Assembly: GCA_031419835.1 (NCBI GenBank)
Contig: JANOLP010000066.1
Coordinates: 1-58,472 of the forward strand
Reading direction: 5' to 3'
Origin: Pseudomonadota bacterium
GTDB taxonomy: Bacteria > Pseudomonadota > Gammaproteobacteria > Burkholderiales > JALYOK01
Length of the DNA: 58,472 nt
The notes beneath the pieces are model-generated. The model made no database searches, was not told where the DNA came from, and was given only the letters and a program-made list of their open reading frames with translations. Within the stretch, counting starts at the first letter, position 1. Each line of letters begins with the position of its first letter. This document shows positions 50,425 to 58,472 of the stretch, in pieces. The position numbers were made by a program, and so were the translations under genes.

Positions 50425-50968
50425 AAATCTTCAAGCACGATGTTCGGTCTTTGTCGCAGCGGTGTTGCTGGGCGGTTCGCCGATGCCCGGTAGTGCAGAA
50501 AAAGCCGATCGCGACAAGCCAATCAATCTGGAAGCCGACAAAGTTTCCTTGGACGATAACCAAAAGGTCAGCGTGTTCGAAGGCAATGTCATCTTAACGC
50601 AAGGAACAACCAAAATTACCGCGGCGAAAATTACCGTCCGCCAAGAAAAAGATGGCAGCCAAAAGGCGACCAGTATGGGCAAGCCTGCAACCTTTCGCAC
50701 TAAGCGCGATGGTGTTGACGAGTATGTCGACGGTAGTGCCGAGCGCATTGAATACGATTCGAAAACCGACAAGGTTGAGCTATTCACCAATGCCTGGCTG
50801 CGACGGGATAAGGACGAGTTGCGCGGCAACTATGTTTCCTACGAAGGCTCCACTGAGTTTTATCAGGCGATCGGCGGCAGCACCACGGCAAACAATTCCA
50901 CTTCGCCGGGTCGGGTGACGGTGGTCATGCAGCCCAAGCCGAAGGTGCAATCCGCGGCACCAAAATAA
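50405..50968 (+). CDS. lptA: LPS transport periplasmic protein LptA
   Basis: [33 protein letters not shown]. Confidence 0.93.
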   Translation: MCLKNFKNLQARCSVFVAAVLLGGSPMPGSAEKADRDKPINLEADKVSLDDNQKVSVFEGNVILTQGTTKITAAKITVRQEKDGSQKATSMGKPATFRTKRDGVDEYVDGSAERIEYDSKTDKVELFTNAWLRRDKDELRGNYVSYEGSTEFYQAIGGSTTANNSTSPGRVTVVMQPKPKVQSAAPK

Positions 50969-50999
50969 TGCAGATAATCAATGGCAGAAAAGTCGGATA

Positions 51000-51797
51000 A
51001 TGGATCCAGCTAATCCGAAGACTTTGCTGCCCGAGATCAACGCAATGGCGCAAGCCGATTCAGCGAGCGGACCTGCAACGTATTTAGAAGCAAAAAATCT
51101 TGCCAAACGCTACAAATCCCGCACCGTCGTAAAGGACGTTTCCCTTAAGGTAAAAAACGGCGAAGTGGTTGGTTTGTTAGGGCCAAATGGCGCCGGCAAG
51201 ACGACTTGTTTTTACATGATGGTCGGTTTAGTGCCCGAGGACAGCGGTTCCATTTTTCTCGAGGGCAAAGACATTACGCGGATGCCCATTCACCGCCGCG
51301 CCCAGCTTGGATTATCGTACTTACCGCAAGAGGCTTCGATTTTCCGCAAACTGACAGTCGCGGAAAACATTCGCGCCGTGTTGGAGTTGCAAAATCTCAG
51401 CAAAGAAGCGCTCGAGCAGCGACTGGAGACGCTACTGGAAGAATTACATATCGCCAATATCCGCAATAACGCAGCGATCAGTTTATCCGGCGGCGAGCGG
51501 CGACGGGTTGAAATCGGTCGGGCACTGGCCAGCGATCCGCGTTTTATTCTATTGGACGAGCCATTTGCCGGTGTTGACCCGATCGCCGTGCTAGATATTC
51601 AACACATTATCCGATTTTTGAAGCAGCGCGGCATCGGCGTGTTGATCACCGACCACAATGTTCGCGAAACTTTGGGAATCTGCGATCACGCCTATATTGT
51701 CAACGAAGGTTCCGTATTAGCCTTCGGCAAACCGAACGAAATCATCTATAATGAAAGTGTGCGTCGAGTCTATTTGGGAGAGCATTTCCGCCTCTAA
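51000..51797 (+). CDS. lptB: LPS export ABC ATPase LptB
   Basis: [44 protein letters not shown]; start may be downstream. Confidence 0.97.
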   Translation: MDPANPKTLLPEINAMAQADSASGPATYLEAKNLAKRYKSRTVVKDVSLKVKNGEVVGLLGPNGAGKTTCFYMMVGLVPEDSGSIFLEGKDITRMPIHRRAQLGLSYLPQEASIFRKLTVAENIRAVLELQNLSKEALEQRLETLLEELHIANIRNNAAISLSGGERRRVEIGRALASDPRFILLDEPFAGVDPIAVLDIQHIIRFLKQRGIGVLITDHNVRETLGICDHAYIVNEGSVLAFGKPNEIIYNESVRRVYLGEHFRL

Positions 51798-51839
51798 TTA
51801 TGACGCCCACGGAGAACAGATTCCCGCTGTGCAGTTCGC

Positions 51840-53297
51840 ATGAAGCATAGTTTACAACTCAAGCTTTCACAGCATTTAACGCTTACGCCACAGCTGCAGC
51901 AATCGATCCGATTGCTGCAGCTATCAACGCTCGATCTGAATCAGGAAATTGAAACGTTTTTAGTTGAAAATCCGCTTTTGGAACGTGTTGATACCAGTCA
52001 CGAACCCCCTTTGGCGATGCCGTTGGCTGGCCCTGGCCAAGAAGTGTCGACGAAAGAAACCGAGCCAAGCACTGACGAGAATGATTTCAGTGAAGCCAGT
52101 CAAGCCGAGACCACCGATTGGGATTCATCGAGCGATTGGGGTACGGAAGGCTCCGGGAACAACGCCAAGCGCGAAGACGATGACGAATTCGGCGGAGCAG
52201 ATCTCCAAGCGATCTCGGAAAGTTTGCAGCAACATCTCATCAGTCAAATCAATCTGACTCAACTGTCCGAACGCGATAAACACGTGGTCGAAATGTTGAT
52301 CGGCAATCTGGATGAGGAAGGATATTTAACGCAATCGTTGGACGAACTTTTTGCCGCATTGCCGCCCGAGCTGGAATTGGATATCGAAGATTTGCAAATC
52401 GCGTTACAGCATTTGCAGCACATGGATCCGATTGGCATCGGTGCGCGGTCGCTCTCCGAATGTTTGCTACTGCAATTGCGCGCTTTGCCGCGTACAACCG
52501 AATTTCGCGATGCCGCGATTCGCATTGTTGCCGACCATTTAAGCTTGCTTGGCGCGCGGGATTTTGTGCGCATCAAACGATCTCTGAACATAGACGATGA
52601 AGTGCTGAAGGGCGCGCAACGCTTGATCGTAAGCCTAAATCCTAAACCAGGCCTAGCTTTCAGCGTATCTGACACGCGCTACGTAATACCTGATGTGGTC
52701 GTGCGAAAGGAACGCGGCAAGTGGGTCGCTGTCTTAAATAACGATGCGATTCCTAAACTGCGGGTGAACAAAATGTACGCGGACATTTTGAGTCGTTCGC
52801 GCGCCGGTTCCGGCGCGCAGCTTGCCAGCCAACTGCAAGAAGCGCGTTGGTTGATTAAGAACGTTCAGCAGCGCTTCGAAACCATTTTGAAAGTTTCCCA
52901 GGCGATTCTCGACCGGCAAAAACATTTTTTCGATCATGGTGAAGTCGCGATGCGGCCGCTCATTTTGCGCGAGATTGCCGATGCCATTGGCGTTCACGAA
53001 TCGACTGTTTCGCGGGTGACGACGCAAAAATTCATGTTCACGCCACGTGGGATTTACGAGTTGAAATACTTCTTCGGTAGCCACGTTTCCACCGAGACCG
53101 GCGGATCGGCATCAAGCACCGCGATTCGTGCGTTGATTAAACAGTTGGTCGGCGCCGAAGATACCAAAAAGCCACTGTCCGATAGCCGAATATCGGATAT
53201 TTTAGGTCAACAAGGCATTGTTGTTGCACGTCGAACGATCGCAAAGTATCGCGAATCGCTGCAAATTTCGTCGGCTAATTTGCGGAAATCGATCTAA
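51840..53297 (+). CDS. rpoN: RNA polymerase sigma-54 factor
   Basis: TPQLQQSIRLLQL, HESTVSR, RpoN box ARRTIAKYRE. Confidence 0.99.
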   Translation: MKHSLQLKLSQHLTLTPQLQQSIRLLQLSTLDLNQEIETFLVENPLLERVDTSHEPPLAMPLAGPGQEVSTKETEPSTDENDFSEASQAETTDWDSSSDWGTEGSGNNAKREDDDEFGGADLQAISESLQQHLISQINLTQLSERDKHVVEMLIGNLDEEGYLTQSLDELFAALPPELELDIEDLQIALQHLQHMDPIGIGARSLSECLLLQLRALPRTTEFRDAAIRIVADHLSLLGARDFVRIKRSLNIDDEVLKGAQRLIVSLNPKPGLAFSVSDTRYVIPDVVVRKERGKWVAVLNNDAIPKLRVNKMYADILSRSRAGSGAQLASQLQEARWLIKNVQQRFETILKVSQAILDRQKHFFDHGEVAMRPLILREIADAIGVHESTVSRVTTQKFMFTPRGIYELKYFFGSHVSTETGGSASSTAIRALIKQLVGAEDTKKPLSDSRISDILGQQGIVVARRTIAKYRESLQISSANLRKSI

Positions 53298-53370
53298 GCC
53301 GGCGTTTCAGTCGAAATACGATTCGAATATCAAAAAAACTGATTGAGAATCGACATAATAGGAGACAGTT

Positions 53371-53709
53371 ATGAATTTGACCTTAGCAGGGCATCATCTC
53401 CAGATAACTCCAGCCATTCGCGAATATGTGAATTCTAAATTAGAGCGCGTCGCGCGGCATTCCGATGACTTGATGGGCGTCAATGTGGTATTGTCCGTCG
53501 AAAAATTACAACAGAAAATCGAAGCCAATATCCATGTACGCGGCAAAGAAATGTTCGTCGAAGCCGAGCATGAAAATCTTTATGCCGCGATTGATTTGTT
53601 TGCGGACAAATTAGATCGCCAGATTATTAAACACAAAGAAAAAACGTTTAAACCTCGCCACGACGGCGCGATCAAGTATCAGCAGGACGATCCAAACACA
53701 GCGACCTAA
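53371..53709 (+). CDS. hpf: Ribosome hibernation promoting factor
   Basis: GHHLQITPAIREYV..K, LYAAID...DKLDRQ. Confidence 0.95.
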   Translation: MNLTLAGHHLQITPAIREYVNSKLERVARHSDDLMGVNVVLSVEKLQQKIEANIHVRGKEMFVEAEHENLYAAIDLFADKLDRQIIKHKEKTFKPRHDGAIKYQQDDPNTAT

Positions 53710-53723
53710 CTAGAAAAAAAATC

Positions 53724-53755
53724 AACTGGCCGGTGCTTGGATCGCCCGGCCAGTT
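53724..53755. terminator. Stem-loop after hpf (terminator or processing hairpin)
   Basis: AACTGGCCGG...CCGGCCAGTT, A-tract on the 5' side, only a short T run on the 3' side. Confidence 0.5.
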
Positions 53756-53802
53756 TGCATTCTTACCGCATTTCGGAATAGTAGAAACCCAATAAACTCA
53801 GA

Positions 53803-54288
53803 ATGAATCTGATTGCCAAATTGTTGCGCCCAACTCATGTGGCGCTAGACCTGGACGTCGCGAGCAAAAAGCGCTTATTCGAGCAGGTCGGATTGATTTT
53901 CGAGAACGCGCAACAGATTTCCCATAGCGTGGTATTCGATAGTTTATTTAGCCGTGAGCGCTTTGGCTCGACCGGCCTAGGTTATGGTGTCGCGATACCC
54001 CATGGTCGCTTGAAGGGGCTGCGCGAAGCAACGGCGGTTTTTGTAAGGACACTTAGCCCCATTCCATTTGAATCGCCTGATGGACAGCCTGTAAACCTAA
54101 TTTTTGTGGTGCTGGTTCCGGATCATGCTAACGAACAACATTTGCAAATTCTAAGCGAACTCGCGCAAATCTTTAGCGATAAAGCCGTACGCGAATCTCT
54201 CGCAACCTGTCGCGATGCCGACGAGGCCCACAGAATTTTAACGGAGTGGCCCGGCCATGCCCCGCGTCAGCGTACTGCAGCTATATAG
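53803..54288 (+). CDS. ptsN: PTS IIA(Ntr) nitrogen regulatory protein
   Basis: SKKRLFE, RE.FGSTGLG.GVAIPHGR, HLQILSELA. Confidence 0.95.
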   Translation: MNLIAKLLRPTHVALDLDVASKKRLFEQVGLIFENAQQISHSVVFDSLFSRERFGSTGLGYGVAIPHGRLKGLREATAVFVRTLSPIPFESPDGQPVNLIFVVLVPDHANEQHLQILSELAQIFSDKAVRESLATCRDADEAHRILTEWPGHAPRQRTAAI

Positions 54289-55222
54289 CGACAATCGCGA
54301 TAAGCTTCACCTAGACTGGATCGCCGGTTCCCAGGGTGGCCAGCGCAGCGCGCCCGTGGGTAGTTTGTATCACCCGACCGTCGGCGTAATTGCCCATCTC
54401 AATCTTGTGCATCCACAGCGTTTTCAGGTTATTGGCGACGCTGAATTCGGTTATCTGCAAGGACTGAATTCGAAAGAACTCAACGCCGCGATCCGAAAGC
54501 TTTTTGGTGGAAATCTGTGTGCCGTCATTGTCGGCAACGGTATCCCCGCGCCACAACCGTTGATCGAAGCGTCCGATGAACACCAAGTGCCGCTTTTCTC
54601 TTCGCCCGAGCCCACGCCCCACCTGATTAATCTATTGCGCTATTACCTGAGCCAAGCGCTAGCGGAAAAGCTAACCATGCACGGCGTATTTATGGCCGTG
54701 CTTGAGGTGGGCGTCCTCATTACCGGCGATTCCGCGGTCGGCAAGAGCGAACTCGCGCTCGAATTGATCAGCCGTGGCCATGGCCTGGTTGCCGATGATG
54801 TCGTCGAATTTTTTCGCATCGCGCCAGAGACATTGCAAGGGCGCTGCCCACCGTTGCTGAAAGATTTTCTTGAAGTGCGCGGTCTTGGCGTATTGAACAT
54901 CCGTTCGATTTTCGGCGAAACCGTCGTGCGTGCGCGAAAAAATTTGAAACTAATTGTTCATCTAGAAAAACCCGCCGGAGGCGATTTGGCCTCGCTGGAG
55001 CGCTTGCCGATGAATGCGACGACGCAGGACATCATGAACATCAGCTTTCCGAAAGTCGTCTTGCCGGTCGCAGTTGGCCGAAACTTGGCGGTGTTGGTGG
55101 AAGCGGCGACGCGTAACTACATTTTGCAACAACGCGGCATCGATTCAACGCGCGAATTCATTGAGCGGCACGAACGCGAAATGGCAGATCAAACAACGCA
55201 ATCGGGGCCAGAGGAAGAGTAG
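54257..55222 (+). CDS. hprK: HPr kinase/phosphorylase
   Basis: GVLITGDSAVGKSE, LVADD, LEVRGLG, GRNLAVLVE. Confidence 0.97.
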   Translation: MPRVSVLQLYSDNRDKLHLDWIAGSQGGQRSAPVGSLYHPTVGVIAHLNLVHPQRFQVIGDAEFGYLQGLNSKELNAAIRKLFGGNLCAVIVGNGIPAPQPLIEASDEHQVPLFSSPEPTPHLINLLRYYLSQALAEKLTMHGVFMAVLEVGVLITGDSAVGKSELALELISRGHGLVADDVVEFFRIAPETLQGRCPPLLKDFLEVRGLGVLNIRSIFGETVVRARKNLKLIVHLEKPAGGDLASLERLPMNATTQDIMNISFPKVVLPVAVGRNLAVLVEAATRNYILQQRGIDSTREFIERHEREMADQTTQSGPEEE

Positions 55223-55224
55223 TT

Positions 55225-56082
55225 TTGCATACCATTATCGTCACAGGCCTATCGGGCTCCGGCAAAAGCGTCGTCCTCAAAGTGTTGGAGGACGCTGGCT
55301 ACTATTGCGTCGATAATTTACCGGTGTTATTCATGTGCGACTTAGTCCTGTTTTTGCAAAAGATGGGGAACGATAAAGTCGCGCTCAGTATCGACGTGCG
55401 CAGTGGTTCCGGCATCGGCGATTTGCCCAAGGCGATCGATCAACTGAGTGCTCAGCAAATCGACACGCGCGTCTTGTTTTTAGAGGCGAACACCGAAACG
55501 ATCGTCAAACGTTTTTCGGAAGCGCGTCGGCCGCATCCGCTCGCCAATGATCAACGCACTCTGCAAGAATGCATTGGTTGGGAGCGAAATATTCTTTCCG
55601 CCGTGGCCGAGCGTGCCCACCATATCGACACCAGCGATTTGGGCCCGAACGCATTACGCGCCTGGGTACGAGAATTCATCGATTTGGACGAAAACAAGCT
55701 CGCGTTATTTTTTCAATCATTTGGTTTTAAAAATGGTATTCCACGCGACGCCGATTTTGTATTCGATGTGCGGCCCCTGCCAAATCCTTACTACGATCCG
55801 AAATTACGTCCACTGACGGGTAAAGATCAACCGGTGATTAGTTTTCTGCAGTCGATCCCGGAGGTGCAAAGCATGCTTGGCGACATCGAACAACTCATCG
55901 CGCGCTGGTTGCCGAATTTTGTTCGCGACAATCGACGATCGTTAACCATCGCCATTGGCTGTACCGGCGGCCAGCACCGATCGGTTTATTTTGCCGAACA
56001 ATTAGCGGCGCGCTTTGGCGAAACGCAACAAGTCCAGGTTCGCCATCGCGGACTTTATCGTGACGGCGAGCAAGCTCTTTAA
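55225..56082 (+). CDS. rapZ: RNase adapter RapZ
   Basis: GLSGSGKS, VDNLP, SFGFK, FDVR.LPNP, GCTGGQHRS. Confidence 0.96.
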   Translation: MHTIIVTGLSGSGKSVVLKVLEDAGYYCVDNLPVLFMCDLVLFLQKMGNDKVALSIDVRSGSGIGDLPKAIDQLSAQQIDTRVLFLEANTETIVKRFSEARRPHPLANDQRTLQECIGWERNILSAVAERAHHIDTSDLGPNALRAWVREFIDLDENKLALFFQSFGFKNGIPRDADFVFDVRPLPNPYYDPKLRPLTGKDQPVISFLQSIPEVQSMLGDIEQLIARWLPNFVRDNRRSLTIAIGCTGGQHRSVYFAEQLAARFGETQQVQVRHRGLYRDGEQAL

Positions 56083-56434
56083 GCCGGGCGATTTTCTTAC
56101 CCTCGGAATAGTCGCGATTGCGGTGGCGTGGCTTTGCGTCAACCTATGGCGGCATGGCGCTGGTAGTACCTTGGTGATACGCAGCAAGGGCGAAGTTGTG
56201 TCGGAATTGAGCCTTGCACGTAACCGAACGCTATCTATTGATGGTCCGCTCGGCGCAACCATTGTCGAAGTGCACAATCAACGCGCGCGAATTGCCAGCG
56301 ACCCCAGCCCGAAGCAATATTGCGTGCGTCAAGGCTGGTTGCAAAAGGCGGGCGAAATCGCGCTGTGCCTGCCAAATCAAGTCAGCATCGAAATTGCTTC
56401 ATCGGAAAACCGTGTCGACTCCCTCAATTATTGA
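56060..56434 (+). CDS. NusG domain II-containing protein with N-terminal TM
   Basis: GD+TM, G.T.VE, SP.QYCV..GW, .CLPN.V; GTG start overlapping rapZ. Confidence 0.8.
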   Translation: MTASKLFKPGDFLTLGIVAIAVAWLCVNLWRHGAGSTLVIRSKGEVVSELSLARNRTLSIDGPLGATIVEVHNQRARIASDPSPKQYCVRQGWLQKAGEIALCLPNQVSIEIASSENRVDSLNY

Positions 56435-56966
56435 TCATGCAACGGCAGAAGACCATCGCATCGCCTGGATGGCGGCGCTGGCAATTGCGTTGTCCATGGC
56501 GGAAGCGGTTTTCCCGTCGCCCATTCCGGGCGTCAAGCCGGGGCTCGCGAATATCGTCGTGTTGTTGGTGTTGTATCAAGATGGCTTGCGCGCAGCGATC
56601 TGGGTTTCCGCACTGCGCGTTATCGCCGGTAGTTTATTTTTTGGCTCATTCCTGACGCCGACTTTTTTTCTGAGTTTGAGCGGCGCGGCGTGCAGTCTGT
56701 TGATGTTGATGCTCACTTCGCGCCTACCGCGTCGATTATTCGGTCCCGTTACCCATAGCTTGCTCTCCTCGGTAGCGCATATTGCAGGGCAACTTGTTAT
56801 CGTTTACCTGTGGCTCATTCCACATAAAGGAATTGTTTATTTGATTCCCATCCTTGGCATCGCTGCGGTGGTGTTTGGATTGGTGAACGGCATCATTGCG
56901 GCACGAATATTAAACTCGCCCGAAACGGCACCTCTGCCAGGGCCCGCTTCCAGCGCGGCGCTTTGA
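56412..56966 (+). CDS. Gx transporter family membrane protein (heptaprenyl diphosphate synthase component I-like)
   Basis: LA.ALS..E...P.P.PGVKPGLANI, LRV, S.SGA, S......H..GQL. Confidence 0.85.
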   Translation: MSTPSIIDHATAEDHRIAWMAALAIALSMAEAVFPSPIPGVKPGLANIVVLLVLYQDGLRAAIWVSALRVIAGSLFFGSFLTPTFFLSLSGAACSLLMLMLTSRLPRRLFGPVTHSLLSSVAHIAGQLVIVYLWLIPHKGIVYLIPILGIAAVVFGLVNGIIAARILNSPETAPLPGPASSAAL

Positions 56967-57009
56967 AGCATATGCCTAAAGAAGCCCTACCAGAGCGCCT
57001 CTCCAGGCA
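56935..57009. repeat. Family 1 repeat overlapping the 3' end of the Gx transporter gene
   Basis: Reverse complement GCCTGGAGAGGCGCTCTGGTAGGGCTTCTTTAGGCAT matches the 21 kb unit GCCTGGAGAGCCGCTCTGATATTGCCTCTACAGGTAT. Confidence 0.7.
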
Positions 57010-57020
57010 ACTATGATTTT

Positions 57021-57611
57021 ATGACAACATTAACCATCCCACTTTTTCCACTCGGAACCATTTTGTTTCCCAGCGGATTGCTGCCACTAAAATTATTCGA
57101 GCAACGCTATTTGGAAATGGGTAAGACCTGCCTGCGCGACGAATTACCGTTCGGCGTATGTGGCATCAAACAAGGCGCGGAAGTCGGTGCGCCGGCGACG
57201 CCATTCGAAGTCGGCTGCCTCGCAAAAATTATTCACTGGGATATGCCGCAACTCGGCATCTTGCACATCGTCGCACAAGGCGACGAACGTTTTCGCGTGC
57301 TGAGTCATCGCAGCCAAGCCGATGGCTTATTGATCGGCGAAGTCGAGACGATCGCCAAAGATGAGGCTCGATCAATAGCGCCGGAATTTTCCGCATGCGT
57401 CGACGTGTTGCGACAAATTATCGCCGGCGTCGGCGAGCAACGTTTCAACCTGCCGCTGCAATTCGACGATGACACCTGGGTTAGCAACCGCCTCGCGGAA
57501 GTGTTGCCGCTGCCGCTGCCAACCAAGCAACAGCTATTGGAATTATCCGACGGTAACACGCGTCTTGCGGCACTCAAAGAAATTCTCCTAACTCAGGGGC
57601 TTCTTTCGTAG
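57021..57611 (+). CDS. Stand-alone Lon peptidase N-terminal (substrate-binding) domain protein
   Basis: IPLFPL..ILFP...LPL.LFE.RY, G..RF, LAE.LP....KQ.LL. Confidence 0.9.
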   Translation: MTTLTIPLFPLGTILFPSGLLPLKLFEQRYLEMGKTCLRDELPFGVCGIKQGAEVGAPATPFEVGCLAKIIHWDMPQLGILHIVAQGDERFRVLSHRSQADGLLIGEVETIAKDEARSIAPEFSACVDVLRQIIAGVGEQRFNLPLQFDDDTWVSNRLAEVLPLPLPTKQQLLELSDGNTRLAALKEILLTQGLLS

Positions 57612-57678
57612 TCGCAAGTTGACAGCTTGCGCGCTGCGCAGCATCATTCAAATTGATGTTGCTGGGGGAGGAATCGCC

Positions 57679-58332
57679 ATAAATATTTTGCTTGTCGACG
57701 ATCATGGTATTTTTCGTGAAGGAACCGCGTTATTGCTGAAATCTCTGGATCCTGCCATCGCGGTTGCGCACGCACGCTCAGCACGCGAGTGCTTAGATAA
57801 GGCCGCGAGCGAAACCTTCGATTTGGTTTTTCTCGATTTGGGATTGCCAGATAAGCCTGGGCTAGAAGCGTTAACTGATCTCAAACATGCGCATCCCGAT
57901 TTGCCCGTCGTGATCTTGTCCGGTCAAGAGGAACGCGATATCGTGCTCGATGCAATTAAACACGGCGCGATGGGTTTCATACCAAAATCATCCGATGATC
58001 CGAAGGTGCTGTGGCACGCGTTGAAAATGGCTGTTTCGGGATCCGTCACCGTGCCGAGCTTTGTGACAGGCAACGCGACCGCGCCGCAAATTGCCGCTCA
58101 AACGTCGGTGCAAAATCTCGGATTAACGCCACGACAAATGGAAGTGCTGCGGCTGCTGGTGCAGGGCTTGCCGAACAAGAGCATCGCGCGGCGTATGGAG
58201 ATCGCCGAGAGCACCGCGCGCGATTATGTCAGCGAACTGCTGGCCGTGTTTCGCGTGACCAATCGTACGCAGCTTGTACTGGATGTGGCCAAGCGGGGAT
58301 TGGTTCTTAACGCAATTTCGCCCCCACCCTGA
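57679..58332 (+). CDS. NarL/LuxR-family response regulator (start uncertain: ATA 57679 or TTG 57619)
   Basis: NILLVDDH, LDLGLPD, GF.PK, LTPRQ.EVL.LL..G..NK.IA. Confidence 0.9.
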   Translation: MNILLVDDHGIFREGTALLLKSLDPAIAVAHARSARECLDKAASETFDLVFLDLGLPDKPGLEALTDLKHAHPDLPVVILSGQEERDIVLDAIKHGAMGFIPKSSDDPKVLWHALKMAVSGSVTVPSFVTGNATAPQIAAQTSVQNLGLTPRQMEVLRLLVQGLPNKSIARRMEIAESTARDYVSELLAVFRVTNRTQLVLDVAKRGLVLNAISPPP

Positions 58333-58472
58333 CCCTTGTATATTGATAATTGGACAAGGAATGAGATTATTGTAGAGGAGTTGTGGGGGCGTGGCAGCAC
58401 GATAACCCTTTGGGACCGTTGAGCCCGTGGGAGAGCACATTGCGTCACGCCTGTTTTTTTCTGGGAACCCGA

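Overview
A ~58.5 kb betaproteobacterial chromosome segment (Burkholderiales/Nitrosomonadales-like gene order). From left to right: (1) the 3' end of a probable Shedu/DUF4263 anti-phage nuclease and an FKBP PPIase; (2) a small accessory patch where a tandem alpha/beta-hydrolase gene appears to have disrupted a YciI/DGPF gene, leaving two matching ECF-sigma-like promoters, followed by VOC and SRPBCC genes; (3) a sulfurtransferase, a CHASE2 class III nucleotide cyclase with non-canonical base-specifying residues, a cytidylate-kinase-like gene and a LuxR-type regulator; (4) the minus-strand housekeeping run mlaFEDCB-yadGH-ibaG-murA-hisGDCBHAFIE-HIT-tatABC; (5) a ~20 kb MSHA-like type IV filament locus with its own sigma54 activator/histidine kinase pair, a split ABC transporter (ATPase, permease, accessory protein), two paralogous minor pilins and a major pilin with a perfect sigma54 promoter and two upstream enhancer palindromes; (6) a CPA2 antiporter and kdsD-kdsC-lptCAB-rpoN-hpf-ptsN-hprK-rapZ, then a NusG-II/Gx-transporter pair, a Lon-N protein and a NarL-type regulator. 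At least four families of short palindromic intergenic repeats are dispersed through the window. No rRNA, tRNA, CRISPR array or transposase was seen. All product calls are from motif and gene-order recognition by eye; no database search was run.
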